A stretch of DNA of 58,221 nucleotides from Limisphaerales bacterium (lineage in GTDB: Bacteria > Verrucomicrobiota > Verrucomicrobiia > Limisphaerales > UBA11358): positions 1 to 58,221 of the forward strand of contig JANYFN010000224.1 in the NCBI GenBank assembly GCA_025362675.1. The letters run 5' to 3'. The number at the start of each line of letters is the position of its first letter. The stretch's first letter is position 1. A model generated the notes under the pieces. It searched no databases, was not told the origin of the DNA, and saw only the letters and a list, made by a program, of their open reading frames with translations. Positions 10,622 through 21,045 of the stretch are shown one piece after another. A program made the position numbers and the translations under genes.

Positions 10622-13600
10622 TTACGGATAAGTCAAGCGATAGAACACTGTCGGCTTGGTGCTATCCACCGTGATATTCGTGCTCGAAAGGGTTCCATCT
10701 GTTATGTAAATCCAGTTCGTGCGCAGTCCGACGGACAAGCTGTTCGTCTGCATCTGCAACCGCCAACCTTGACCCGCTGGCCACGAGAGGCTCAGAGTGT
10801 TTCCGCTGACACTGTTAGTCAGCTTTGCCGGACCGCTCGGACCAACTGACGTCGTGACCACGCTCAACAAACCGTTGGTGAAAGTGAAGGCTTTCCCGGA
10901 ACCAGGACTACCGACGATGCTCGCAAAGTTGCCCGTGTTCGTCGCCCCAGTTCCACTGAACAGTATGAAGGTCTGGCCAGCGGTGAACGTCCCGTTCGTG
11001 ACAATGTTCAACACACCACCATAAGTCACGGCGGCACCTAAGACGACACTGTTATTAGTTGGAGTGCTACCATTCACAACAAAGGTGTTGGTCGAACCAG
11101 CTAGGAGCGTCACGTTACCGTTTAAGGTGAGTTTGCCGCTGCCACTTACGCCCGGCGAAAGGATGCCGCCCGCAGTGTTAGTGACCAAACCGATAATCGA
11201 ACCGGTGCCGCCCAGCGTGCCGCCGCTATTGATCGTCACCGGGTTCGTGCCTGTGCCACTGGTAGCATTGATCAACAGCGTGCCGCCGCTGATGGTGGTT
11301 CCGCCGTTGTAGGTGTTCGCGCCCGAGAGCGTCAGCGTGCCTGTGCCAATTTTAGTAATGGCCAGCGTCTTTCCAGCGCCACCGTCCGCGATCGTTCCCG
11401 AATAGATGCTATTGGTGTTACCATCCCCAATGGTCAGCGTCGAGGCACCGGCGCTGGTGTTGCGAATGATGGCTCCCGTCACCGAGACGTTGCTCATCCC
11501 GTTAATAGTCTCGTTGAAGCCGTTCAGTTCTAAGATGGTCAAGTGATTAGCGTCAGCACCGTTAAAAACAACGTTGCCGTAACCAGGTCCATTGGGGATC
11601 ACACCCGAGGCGCCAAGCTTTAAGGTCGTCGAGGCTCCAGTGCGAGCTGCGCTAAAGTCATTACAGAATATATTGGCGTTGCCGGTGAAGTTATTACCCG
11701 TGTTGGAGAGTAAGAAATTCCGGGAATTAGCACCATTATTCATGCCGTAGAAGTCAATGCTGTAGGGACCGGTGATCTGACCGCTGATGGTAAAAGTGAC
11801 TCCTGAGGCGGCAAAGTTCCCGATCCGGGCGTTACCAGACAGCGTGATCGTGCCCGATAACGTGCTAGCCACATCACAGCGGACGGCACCGTCAAAGTTA
11901 TTACCATACGCGTCCGCTTCGGGATAGCCGATGCTACTGAGGTTCATGGGATTGCTTATAGTTGTGGCCGCGCTGATGTAAAGCTGGCCAGCGTTGGTTT
12001 GCACGATGGTGGTGCCGCCGCCCAAGTTAGCCCCAGATGATACAAAAATCCGTCCGTTGGTAATGATGGTTTGGCCGCTATAGGTGTTAATGGTGGAAGA
12101 CAGTGTGAGGTCGCTCTTGGTTGCACCGGATTTGAGCAGCCCGCCAGCACCAGTGATCGGTCCGGCTAAGTTCTGTCCAGAAGTGCTGCCGTATTCAAAA
12201 GTGGCACCCGCGTTGATATAGATTCCTCCCGTATTGGTGCCGCCGACACCCAATCTTCCGGCACCACCAATCGTCAGCTGGTTGCTATTGATGATCGTAT
12301 TGCCAGTGTAGGTATTATTGTTAGTCAGCGTGACGCTAGCCGAGCCGTTCTTGATGAGTGAACAAGTGCCGGTGATGCCAAAGTTACCGCCAATCGTGTA
12401 ATTGGTTTTGTTATTGTTAAATGCGACCTGAGTGGGTGTGACGTTGGCCACCGAAATGGCCACCAAGTTGTTGCTCTTGAGGGTGTCATCGAACAACACA
12501 CTGTTGTTGTCGATGTAGTCGGCAGCGATTCCGTTGGTGTTCCAATTTTTCGGACTGCCGAGGACATTGACACTCCATTCGCCGCTCAAGCCACCCGTCC
12601 AAACATACGGGTTGTAGAGCACTTGGATAGCGCCTGTTCCGGAAATATAACCTCCCGGGGTGGTGCTCTTGTAAACTCCGTTCGGCTGGCTGACGCCGTT
12701 CAGCACGAGTGCCAAGACCACATTTGTGCCGACGTAGTTTAGGTCCAGCACCGCTCCGCTGGCCACTCTCACCGTAGAGCTCAAGGCTAAGGCGGGCTGG
12801 GCGATAGATAGCGTGCCGGCATTGACCGTGGTATTTCCGGTGTAGGCGTTGGCGGACAGGGTCAGCGTGCCCGAGCCAACCTTGGTTAATGAACCGCTGC
12901 CGCTCAAAGTGCCGCTGTAAGTCGTGGTCGCATTGTTCTTGCCAATGGACACCGAGCCGACACCGAGTGACAAATTGCGCGAGCCGGTCAAAGCGCCGAT
13001 CACGCAGTCGCGATTATTCAAGCTGACCGAGCCAGCATCTGCGGCGTTCATGTCCAGCGTGGCGTTTTGCAGGGCATAGACATTGCCTATGCTTAACTTC
13101 CCGGTCCCCACCGAGCGGAAGGTTCCGCTAAAGGTGTTCGATCCGCTGATGGTGAGAGTGTTATTTGCAAAACTATTATATAAGATGTTGCCCGTGCCAC
13201 TGATAGAACCGCTGATGGTGCTGCCACCGAAAGCATCAACGGGGCTAGAACAAGTCAGCGTAAAGCCGTTCATATTCAAAGAACCAGACACAACCACGCC
13301 TACAGACTGATTGTTGTTGAGCGCACCGGTCGCAAACTGCACCAGAGCAGAATCCGCAGTCAGGGTGATCGGCCCAGACCACGTCAGCGTGTTATAGTTA
13401 TTAAACTGGGCTTCGGATTCCAGGATGCCGCCGTTTAAGGTGAGCGCATTAGTGATCGTGGCGTTGCCGGGTGCCGCTTCAATAATCGCCCCCGCATTCA
13501 AGGTCACGGACCCGGTGCCAAAGGGGTTAGCGCCGTTCCAGACGTTCAATTTGCCATTGCTGATGCCATTCACAATTGTGCCGCCGTTGTAAGTATTCGC

Positions 13601-16420
13601 GCCTTGCACCGTCAATCGCGAACTCGCTCCGTTACAGTAATAGGTGATACCGCCCGAACCGCTGATAGCTCCTGAAAGAAGATCACCAGTCAGCGAAACA
13701 TTGAAGCCTTCGTTAGGCCCATTACCTCCGGTGTTGGTTATTGAGATGCCGCCAGCGCCAATATTTATCGGACCAGAAAGAGTCACGCCCCCGGCACCAC
13801 CATCGCCGGACATTTGGAAACCGTTCGCTATGGTGATCGGCCCAGACCAGTTTTGAACGCTGAGGTTACCCCCGCCAATGCGCAAGTAACACGAGTCTAA
13901 GGACAACACATTCGTGAACGTGCAGGCGGCGGTATAAGAATTCGCTCCCGGTTTGAAGGTCACCGGCCCGGTGCCATATTTCGCCGTGGCACTTGGGAAT
14001 GAAAGGAAGGCACCTTGCTCAAAGGTGGTGCCACCGCTGTAGGTGTTGTTCGACGAATTCAACGTCAGGTTTCCCGCGAACACATCCAAGGCCAAAGCGC
14101 CGCCGGTGTTCTGAATGATGCCGCTAAAGGTGCTGTTGGCACCGCTAAGACCATTGGTCAAGGTCACCGCACTGCCGCTCGTGTTGTTCACGACACCGCT
14201 GCCGTTCAAGCCGTTGATCGCTTCCGGCTGGCCATTCAAATCAAGCAAACCGTTGACATACAAATTTCCCGTGCCCGCCCCATTCGGCAGCCCGTTCGCT
14301 GTCGTCATCTTCAGCGTGCTGCCGCTGGACACAGTCGTGTCGCCAGCATAACTCGCCGCACTGTTGAAATTTACTGTGCCTGCTCCTGTGATCGTCACGC
14401 CACTACCTCCACTCGCTCCGCCATTGATGTTCAACGTGCGATTAGTCGTAATATTCCATGACTGATCGGCCAAGACTTGAACTGGTGCAGTAATCGTTAG
14501 GTCTTGACTCGCGCTCGCGAGGTTGATGCCGAGCGCAGAAACTCCCAGATTATTTGCTCCACCAATAGTAACTGGGCCGGAGGGATTGAGGATGGTCACG
14601 CCCGCAATAAAAAAGTCAGCGTTGAGCACCGTGCTCAGGTTGGCCGTGGATAAGTTGTTGAACAACACCGGATCGCCGGGGTTGGGCGATGTCGTTGTAG
14701 TCCAGTTGCCGCCGGTCAGCCAGGAATTATCGCTCGCTCCAGTCCAAACATCAGCTGCGCCCACTACCAAATCCAAACCACCGAAACCATTGATAGCCAG
14801 TGAAACCGCACCAACCGCGCCGTTGCCCGTGAGCGTGACGGATGGCAGCGTGCCGGTGACTAGACCAATGTTGCCCGCCGTGGCAGCTTTTATAATCGTA
14901 TAATTTCCAGTTCCCAGAACCGCGCCGGGATTGTTGACAGTGATCACCGTGCTGCCTGACAACGTCATCGTTCCGTTGGTCTGAATGAACGGCGGATTCA
15001 CGCCGTCATAAGTCATCGAAATCGTGCCCGCGCTGAAATCGCTCGTGCCGTTAATCACCGCTCCCGCCGAACTGTTTTTGAATGTGCCGCCGTTCAGTGC
15101 GTAGTTTGGTGATTCGGCAGAAACATCAAACGTCGCCCCTCCCGCCAAAGTAATGTTTGCGCTCGCAAGTGCGCCCGCACTACCAATAACTAGCTTACCT
15201 GCACTGATAGTCGTGTTGCCGGTATAAGTTGCCGGTGCTCCGACTGAAACTGTGCCGCCACCAACGATGCTCAAAGCTGCACTGCCAGAGATGCCGCCAT
15301 TAGCCGCCACCGTGCCGTTATTGGTGACACTCCAAGTTTGGTTGGCACTAAGAACTAGCGGGGCGGTCATCGTCAAGCTCTGGCTAGCACCAATAAGATT
15401 GATGCCGCCTCCGATAGTCATCGGATTAGCCCCGCCGATGGAAACCGTAGCAGGCGCGTTGCTCAAGGTCAACGTTGACAAGTTATAGCTTAAGTCAGGA
15501 ACCGTGGACAGATTGGCCGTAGATAAATTATTGAAGGTGATGGCATCGCCCGAAAATGGAATGCTGGCCGGACTCCAGTTGCCCGCCGTGCCCCATGAAG
15601 TGTCGCTGCTACCCAACCAAGTCCGCGCGGCAACGCCGATGTCGCGGACGCTGATGGCGTTGAGTTGAACTTCAACACCGCTAGGGACGCTCGTGAGGGT
15701 AAACGTCTGGTTCGTGCTGTCCGCTACGAAAGTGCCAATCGTGAATTGCCCCACGCCGCCTAGCGCCTGAAAAACATTATAAGCTAGCGTGACCGTGTTA
15801 CCGCCGGTGCTGCTGACGCTTTCTTGCCGCGTGGCGAAAGTGCTGCGGCTATCGTCCGCCCAAATCTGCACCGCGTAGTCATGCCCCGTGATCAGGCCTT
15901 TCAACGTCACTGTCCCGGACGAGACGTTTCCATAAGCGCCGCCTTGAAGCACCGTTTGATAACTACTGCTTAAGCCCGAGAACGGAGCAGCCGTTGCCCC
16001 AAAAGAATTCGCAACCGAACCCGCAAAGGTAGAGCCGAAGGTGACGTTGCCCCACGCCGCAAAGCCGCTACCAGCGGTGAAGGTCGCACCGTTGACATTC
16101 GTGGTAGCCGTGGTGAGTCCACCCGCATAGGCATAAAGCGCGGTGCCGCTAGTATTCACATCCGTGTCAGCAACGATGTTCGCCGGAACCCCCCAAGTGA
16201 TGGCGGCGGCGGATGCTGCCGTCGGCGCAAGGACGGTCAATAATGTGGCGAGCGTGGCGACCACCAAAAGTCGCGTGCCAGTTCTGGCTTCGCGCGGGAA
16301 TCTGTCAACGAAGGACGCCAGCCGACAAAAGCTCACAAAACTGTGAGCATCAACAGATGGATTTCCACACATCAGCTTGTTAGCGGTTGAACGAATGATT
16401 TGCACAGATTTGGTTTTCAT
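10622..16420 (-). CDS. Giant secreted protein (1932 aa) with autotransporter-associated beta-strand repeats and FYRL tail; no beta-barrel
   Basis: Signal peptide ...LAPTAASA. Many GxGTLTLSGxNTYxGxTTIxxGTL repeats and WTG...W..xxNW modules. Ends TVFYRLTYP. Confidence 0.85.
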   Translation of the reverse strand: MKTKSVQIIRSTANKLMCGNPSVDAHSFVSFCRLASFVDRFPREARTGTRLLVVATLATLLTVLAPTAASAAAITWGVPANIVADTDVNTSGTALYAYAGGLTTATTNVNGATFTAGSGFAAWGNVTFGSTFAGSVANSFGATAAPFSGLSSSYQTVLQGGAYGNVSSGTVTLKGLITGHDYAVQIWADDSRSTFATRQESVSSTGGNTVTLAYNVFQALGGVGQFTIGTFVADSTNQTFTLTSVPSGVEVQLNAISVRDIGVAARTWLGSSDTSWGTAGNWSPASIPFSGDAITFNNLSTANLSTVPDLSYNLSTLTLSNAPATVSIGGANPMTIGGGINLIGASQSLTMTAPLVLSANQTWSVTNNGTVAANGGISGSAALSIVGGGTVSVGAPATYTGNTTISAGKLVIGSAGALASANITLAGGATFDVSAESPNYALNGGTFKNSSAGAVINGTSDFSAGTISMTYDGVNPPFIQTNGTMTLSGSTVITVNNPGAVLGTGNYTIIKAATAGNIGLVTGTLPSVTLTGNGAVGAVSLAINGFGGLDLVVGAADVWTGASDNSWLTGGNWTTTTSPNPGDPVLFNNLSTANLSTVLNADFFIAGVTILNPSGPVTIGGANNLGVSALGINLASASQDLTITAPVQVLADQSWNITTNRTLNINGGASGGSGVTITGAGTVNFNSAASYAGDTTVSSGSTLKMTTANGLPNGAGTGNLYVNGLLDLNGQPEAINGLNGSGVVNNTSGSAVTLTNGLSGANSTFSGIIQNTGGALALDVFAGNLTLNSSNNTYSGGTTFEQGAFLSFPSATAKYGTGPVTFKPGANSYTAACTFTNVLSLDSCYLRIGGGNLSVQNWSGPITIANGFQMSGDGGAGGVTLSGPINIGAGGISITNTGGNGPNEGFNVSLTGDLLSGAISGSGGITYYCNGASSRLTVQGANTYNGGTIVNGISNGKLNVWNGANPFGTGSVTLNAGAIIEAAPGNATITNALTLNGGILESEAQFNNYNTLTWSGPITLTADSALVQFATGALNNNQSVGVVVSGSLNMNGFTLTCSSPVDAFGGSTISGSISGTGNILYNSFANNTLTISGSNTFSGTFRSVGTGKLSIGNVYALQNATLDMNAADAGSVSLNNRDCVIGALTGSRNLSLGVGSVSIGKNNATTTYSGTLSGSGSLTKVGSGTLTLSANAYTGNTTVNAGTLSIAQPALALSSTVRVASGAVLDLNYVGTNVVLALVLNGVSQPNGVYKSTTPGGYISGTGAIQVLYNPYVWTGGLSGEWSVNVLGSPKNWNTNGIAADYIDNNSVLFDDTLKSNNLVAISVANVTPTQVAFNNNKTNYTIGGNFGITGTCSLIKNGSASVTLTNNNTYTGNTIINSNQLTIGGAGRLGVGGTNTGGIYINAGATFEYGSTSGQNLAGPITGAGGLLKSGATKSDLTLSSTINTYSGQTIITNGRIFVSSGANLGGGTTIVQTNAGQLYISAATTISNPMNLSSIGYPEADAYGNNFDGAVRCDVASTLSGTITLSGNARIGNFAASGVTFTISGQITGPYSIDFYGMNNGANSRNFLLSNTGNNFTGNANIFCNDFSAARTGASTTLKLGASGVIPNGPGYGNVVFNGADANHLTILELNGFNETINGMSNVSVTGAIIRNTSAGASTLTIGDGNTNSIYSGTIADGGAGKTLAITKIGTGTLTLSGANTYNGGTTISGGTLLINATSGTGTNPVTINSGGTLGGTGSIIGLVTNTAGGILSPGVSGSGKLTLNGNVTLLAGSTNTFVVNGSTPTNNSVVLGAAVTYGGVLNIVTNGTFTAGQTFILFSGTGATNTGNFASIVGSPGSGKAFTFTNGLLSVVTTSVGPSGPAKLTNSVSGNTLSLSWPAGQGWRLQMQTNSLSVGLRTNWIYITDGTLSSTNITVDSTKPTVFYRLTYP

Positions 16421-16588
16421 ACGGATTTATGTAGCGTTGTATTTGTATTCAGTTAAATGCCTGGATTGTCACAAGCGTTGCTCTTTCAACTCACACTAAA
16501 TAATGCTTCTAATTCGCCAATTTTTGTTGGTTTAAAGAACTTTGTTCAGGGTCACGGAAAACATATATCAGCAATTGAATCTAGCCTA

Positions 16589-16604
16589 TCACGAGTTCTC
16601 GTTA
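16589..16604. promoter_or_regulatory. 7-2-7 operator, site B (TCACGAGTTCTCGTTA)
   Basis: One mismatch to site A. Minus strand: site-TAGGCT-N17-TATGTT towards the 16420 gene. Confidence 0.72.
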
Positions 16605-16723
16605 TGCCTGTCACACTGCCGATTTCGCCAAACCGCACGGTCGAATGCCCGAGTTGAGACTTGGGTTTTGATCGTTGGTCGTGATGTCATAAAGTATTCT
16701 TTATGCGAGAGGCTGCTTCCCAC

Positions 16724-17335
16724 TCAACGAATATAGACCCTCTTAAGGAGCCTTATTCCTGCCGCACCCACCGCGCAGGAGGCAAAAATCACCATCGCCA
16801 CATTCACTGGTTCGGGCACCGGTGTTATGTCCAGACTCCAGCCGGTCAAGGTAGCCTGTCCGCCGCCGGGTGATTCATCGGCAAAATATAATGTCCAAGT
16901 GCCATCGGCTACTGAACCATTAAAATTAGCGAGCGATCCCGCAGCCTGATAGGTGCCGGTAAATACGGAGCCAGCGGTCTCGGCAGTAGTTTGGATTGAA
17001 CCAGCAGTAGCAGCATCGGACAAAGTGACATTCAAACCTGACCCAGCGTAGCCAAACGGATTGCCAGTAGTAACTCCCGGACGATTTAACAGCATTACCA
17101 AGGTTCCATTCGGGGCGACTAGATAAGAATATAAATCACCGTTGAAACCGCCCGATAGTTGCAAGTCCACGGTAAGACCGGAAACCGTTGCGCCGGGCGC
17201 AGCCTGGTCATAAGATCCGGCAAAAGAAACTCCTACCAGGTTACCATCTGGTATGGTGCCTGTTTGATAGAGTGATGCTTTGGCATGAAAAGCTAAAGCC
17301 AGCGTTAAGTAGAGCCGCAATAGTTTTGATTTCAT
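16724..17335 (-). CDS. PEP-CTERM protein with proprotein-convertase P-domain-like beta-sandwich
   Basis: Signal peptide from ATG 17335. NGDLYSYLVAPNGTLVMLLNRPG...GTWTLYFAD...GWSLDIT. C-terminus VPEP + TM helix + RLLKR. Confidence 0.85.
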   Translation of the reverse strand: MKSKLLRLYLTLALAFHAKASLYQTGTIPDGNLVGVSFAGSYDQAAPGATVSGLTVDLQLSGGFNGDLYSYLVAPNGTLVMLLNRPGVTTGNPFGYAGSGLNVTLSDAATAGSIQTTAETAGSVFTGTYQAAGSLANFNGSVADGTWTLYFADESPGGGQATLTGWSLDITPVPEPVNVAMVIFASCAVGAAGIRLLKRVYIR

Positions 17336-17380
17336 TTCAAAAATAGAGTTGGTTTGTTCAAGTAGTTTGAGAAAGGTATC

Positions 17381-17444
17381 GGGTGGTGATGCCAACCCCT
17401 AACATCACCACCCATCCCCAAATGGTGGAACCCAAAACCACCAT
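17381..17444 (-). other. Two tandem stem-loops downstream of the frameshifted giant gene
   Basis: GGGTGGTGATG/CATCACCACCC (17381-17413) and ATGGTGG/CCACCAT (17422-17444). Minus-strand loops TTAGGGGTTGG and TTTTGGGTT. Confidence 0.55.
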
Positions 17445-17473
17445 AAAGTTTTTGTTTATGCTCGTCACGGCAC

Positions 17474-20400
17474 TCACGGATTATATTGCAAACGGTAATA
17501 AGCATTTGGTGACGGCGCGCTGGTATCAATGAACTGGAACAAGCCGCCAGCTGGAGCGTTCGTGGTCCAAATTGCTAACCAGGTCGTCAAATCCGTCGAA
17601 CGGGCAACGGTATAACTTAAGCCAGGAATGCCCGCAAAGTTCAATATCGCCGTGCCGCTAGAGACGCTCCCGATCTGGCTTTGACCAAATAGCGGTGCGC
17701 TGTCAACATTCACGGTTACCGTGGCACTGTTCGTCCCGCCAAAACCGTCGCTCACGATATAACTAAACTGGTCCGCCACGGCATTGGTGTTGTAATACAT
17801 CACATAGCCGGCTGACACTAAAACGGTCGCGTTATTAGTCGTCGTTCCAACGGAAGCTAGCGTGAAGGTGTCGCCATCCACATCTGTTACATTGGTCAAG
17901 AGATCGCTGACGAGCACCTTGAACGAATTTAAGGCCGACGACCGTGAGTAATTAATATTGTTGGCCGCTGGCGGATGATTGGTAACAACCTGACTCAACG
18001 TGTTGGTGCTGCCGAGATAGTTGCCATCGCCGAGATAAATGAAGCTAATCTGATTAGTTCCGCGTAATAGATTGGTGATGGACAAACTCGTGGCACTGCC
18101 AGAAGAGATAGTGTTCGTGCTGATGGCTCCACCTGGCGCAGAGAAAATCACGTTACCAGTCGCGTCCGCCGGCAATGTGGCGCCGAAAGTGACGCCGTCC
18201 TTATAACCAGACGGATTTTCCGAGGAGGATGCCCCAATAGAAGTGCCAGTTGGATTGACCGTTAACGTGCCATTCGTGTAGCTGATGGCATAGTTGGCTG
18301 AAGCAAGGCCAGAAGGGACAATAGTGTAAGTGCCCGCGTTTGTCGCATTCTGTGAGGTGCCACCATAACTTAGGCTGCCGCCCAACGAACCGGCCGTATC
18401 GCCGTTCACAAAGCCATAGTAAACCACACCGTTACCGCCCGTGTAACCTAGACCGTTGTATGTCTTATTATCATTGTTCGCCGCCACGCCGAGTGCCGCT
18501 GGATTTACTGTCAAATTTACCATTATGCTGATAGTGGTGTAGTTGGTTGTATCGTCCGGCGTGAAGGTCACACCTTGCGAAGCCGTGCCGGCATTAGGCG
18601 TGGTTGAAGGTGCGGTGTAAGCAAAGCTCCCAGCCGCCGGTGTGGCGGAACCACCACTCAACGTTGAAGCAGACAGCATCTGGCCGAAAGTGATACCACT
18701 GGCAGAAGGAACCGCGGTGACCACCGAGGCGGCCTGATTGATGGTTAACATGCCGTTATTAAACGTGATTGCGTAATTGGTGCTGGTCAAACCCGAAGGA
18801 ATAATCACGTAACTGCCGGCATTGATTGCGGCTTGCGACGTGCCATTGTAAGTCAAGGTGCCACCGAGCACGCCGGAAGTTTCACCGTTAACAAAGCCGG
18901 TGTAAGTCACTCCATTATTCGTAGCATAGGCATTTCCGTCATACGTTTTGCTATCACTATTCGCGGTTATGTTCAGCAGAGTATTGGTAATCATCATTGA
19001 ACCGCTCGCACCCGCCAGCGTGTAGTTAGTCCCGGCCCCACCGCTCAAGGCCAGAGAACCAAACGAAGTGATCGCGCTCGTCCCGACATTCGCACTCGCA
19101 AGACCGCCGCTGCCGGTGGCCACCGTTACGATGTCGCTGTTGACCGCGTTGGTGACCGACAAATTGGCCGCCGCCGCGTTCGTCGTCCCGTCATAACCAC
19201 GGGTGCCACTCAAGCCGACCGCTAACTGGCTCACGGTCAGGATGCCAGTGTTGTAGGTGATGCTGTAATTGCTCAGTCCGCTGCCCGTTACCGCGCTGGG
19301 CGTGATTGTGTAGTTTCCCACCGTCGCCGCCACTGTGTTACCTGGGAGCGAGCCGCTGGCGGTCAGGGTGACGCCGCCAATCGAATCGCCGTTCGTCAAG
19401 CCGGATGATATGAAGGCCGTCGTTGCCAACGTCAACGCCGTGCCGTAGGTCTTGCTTTGCGCGCTGGCGGTAATCGTCAGGTTTGCCAAGTTAATCGTGA
19501 AGTTGCCGGCGGACAATCCGGTCAACGGCGTGTAATTCGTGTTGGCTGGCACAAAGGTCGCCGTCACCGCATACGTGCCCTGCGCCGTCTGCGTGGACGC
19601 GCCGCCGGTTAGGATGGTGGTCACAGTGCCGGTTGTGTTCGTGCCGCTCAAGGTCACGGTCGCTGCATGGGCGTGGCCATCATATGTCACCGGCGAATTG
19701 TTCACCGCCACTGCCGCCGTCGAGGTCGCCTGATTCACCACCTGCGACAACGCGCTGGACGTGCTTACGTCGTAACTCGCATTGCCAGCATAACTGGCAG
19801 TGATGCTGTGAGTGGCCGCAGCAAGTGAATTGTTGGTAATGGTGTAAATGGACACGGTGCCTGCACTGCTGACTAAGGTGCCGGTGCCAATCGAATTCGT
19901 GCCGTCGTAGAAGGTCACCGTGCCGCTGGGCGCACTGCCGTCACCGCCACTGCCAGTTACCGTGTTCGTGAAAATGACCGAACTTCCATAGGTGGAGGGA
20001 TTCGCGCTCGAGGTCACGACCGACGTGGAAGAACCGCCGTTGGTCACCGTGAGGATGCCCGTGCCAGTGATAGACGCGCTGATGTGGGTGGCTCCGCTGC
20101 CAGACGCGCCCCAAGTGCCCTTGGATTTCGCGACGCCGGCAATCTGGATGCCACTGACGGTATTGCTAAACGTGCCCATGGCCAAGATGCCGCCATTCAG
20201 GTTGGCGATGGTAGCCAAGGGGAGAACCTGATTTGTGCCCAACGCTAGCGTGCCGGCGCTGATGATTGTAGCACCAGAATAGCCGTTCGAGCCAGAGAGG
20301 GTCAACATGCCACTGCCGATCTTAGCCACCGCAGCGCTGCCGCTCAGCGCACCGCCATAAACCGTGTTCGAATTGTTGTTGCCAATGGCGGTCGTGCCGC

Positions 20401-21001
20401 TGGGCAAACTCAAATTGCGGACACCCATCAGCGCGCCAAGGGTTGGACTGGTAATAGCCAGAGTCACCGCGCCGCTGTCCGCCGCGTTCATGTCCAGAGT
20501 CGCATTTTGAAGTCCCAGGGCATTGTTCACATACAAGGTTCCAGACTGCGAGCGGGCGGTGCCGTTGAACGTGTTCGCAGTGCCCAAGACGAGAGTTCCG
20601 TTATTGATTCCGTTATGGTAGAGACTGATCGGACCAATAACCGCGCCGTTGAAAGTCAGATTCGCAAAGCCAGTATTAGTAGTTAACAAAACGCCACCAC
20701 TACCAGTGATACTTCCGTTTAAGGTTCCAATGTAAGACTCGCCGGAGCCATAGGATGAAATAATAGTATTTGTCCCGAAGCTAACATTGCCGGACAAGCT
20801 GATCGGTGCCGTGCCGCCATCGCCACCTATAAAGACACCGTTTGTTCCCAAGGTGATCGGCCCCGAAAACGACAGCGAACCGCTGCCGCCGCCCGTATGC
20901 AAAGACGCACCATTCAAAGTTAAGCTATTGGTGATAGTAAAATTACCAAAAGCGCCAAAAAGCAGGGCGGAATTCATTGTCACCGGCCCGGTGCCAAACA
21001 A
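17474..21001 (-). CDS. C-terminal part of frameshifted giant adhesin-like protein (beta-strand repeats, Big_3-like, MBG, YDG, cadherin-like domains, YYRL tail)
   Basis: SSANPSTYGSSVIFT...VTFYDG (Big_3), ITASAQSKTYG and SKTYDG...GFVNGE (MBG), RGYDGTT (YDG), NHPP...DVDGDT (cadherin-like). No signal peptide; the frame continues upstream to the frameshift. Confidence 0.8.
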   Translation of the reverse strand: MFGTGPVTMNSALLFGAFGNFTITNSLTLNGASLHTGGGSGSLSFSGPITLGTNGVFIGGDGGTAPISLSGNVSFGTNTIISSYGSGESYIGTLNGSITGSGGVLLTTNTGFANLTFNGAVIGPISLYHNGINNGTLVLGTANTFNGTARSQSGTLYVNNALGLQNATLDMNAADSGAVTLAITSPTLGALMGVRNLSLPSGTTAIGNNNSNTVYGGALSGSAAVAKIGSGMLTLSGSNGYSGATIISAGTLALGTNQVLPLATIANLNGGILAMGTFSNTVSGIQIAGVAKSKGTWGASGSGATHISASITGTGILTVTNGGSSTSVVTSSANPSTYGSSVIFTNTVTGSGGDGSAPSGTVTFYDGTNSIGTGTLVSSAGTVSIYTITNNSLAAATHSITASYAGNASYDVSTSSALSQVVNQATSTAAVAVNNSPVTYDGHAHAATVTLSGTNTTGTVTTILTGGASTQTAQGTYAVTATFVPANTNYTPLTGLSAGNFTINLANLTITASAQSKTYGTALTLATTAFISSGLTNGDSIGGVTLTASGSLPGNTVAATVGNYTITPSAVTGSGLSNYSITYNTGILTVSQLAVGLSGTRGYDGTTNAAAANLSVTNAVNSDIVTVATGSGGLASANVGTSAITSFGSLALSGGAGTNYTLAGASGSMMITNTLLNITANSDSKTYDGNAYATNNGVTYTGFVNGETSGVLGGTLTYNGTSQAAINAGSYVIIPSGLTSTNYAITFNNGMLTINQAASVVTAVPSASGITFGQMLSASTLSGGSATPAAGSFAYTAPSTTPNAGTASQGVTFTPDDTTNYTTISIMVNLTVNPAALGVAANNDNKTYNGLGYTGGNGVVYYGFVNGDTAGSLGGSLSYGGTSQNATNAGTYTIVPSGLASANYAISYTNGTLTVNPTGTSIGASSSENPSGYKDGVTFGATLPADATGNVIFSAPGGAISTNTISSGSATSLSITNLLRGTNQISFIYLGDGNYLGSTNTLSQVVTNHPPAANNINYSRSSALNSFKVLVSDLLTNVTDVDGDTFTLASVGTTTNNATVLVSAGYVMYYNTNAVADQFSYIVSDGFGGTNSATVTVNVDSAPLFGQSQIGSVSSGTAILNFAGIPGLSYTVARSTDLTTWLAIWTTNAPAGGLFQFIDTSAPSPNAYYRLQYNP

Positions 21002-21045
21002 GGTATTGTTGGCTGGATTTTTCCATACATTGACCGTGCAATTGC

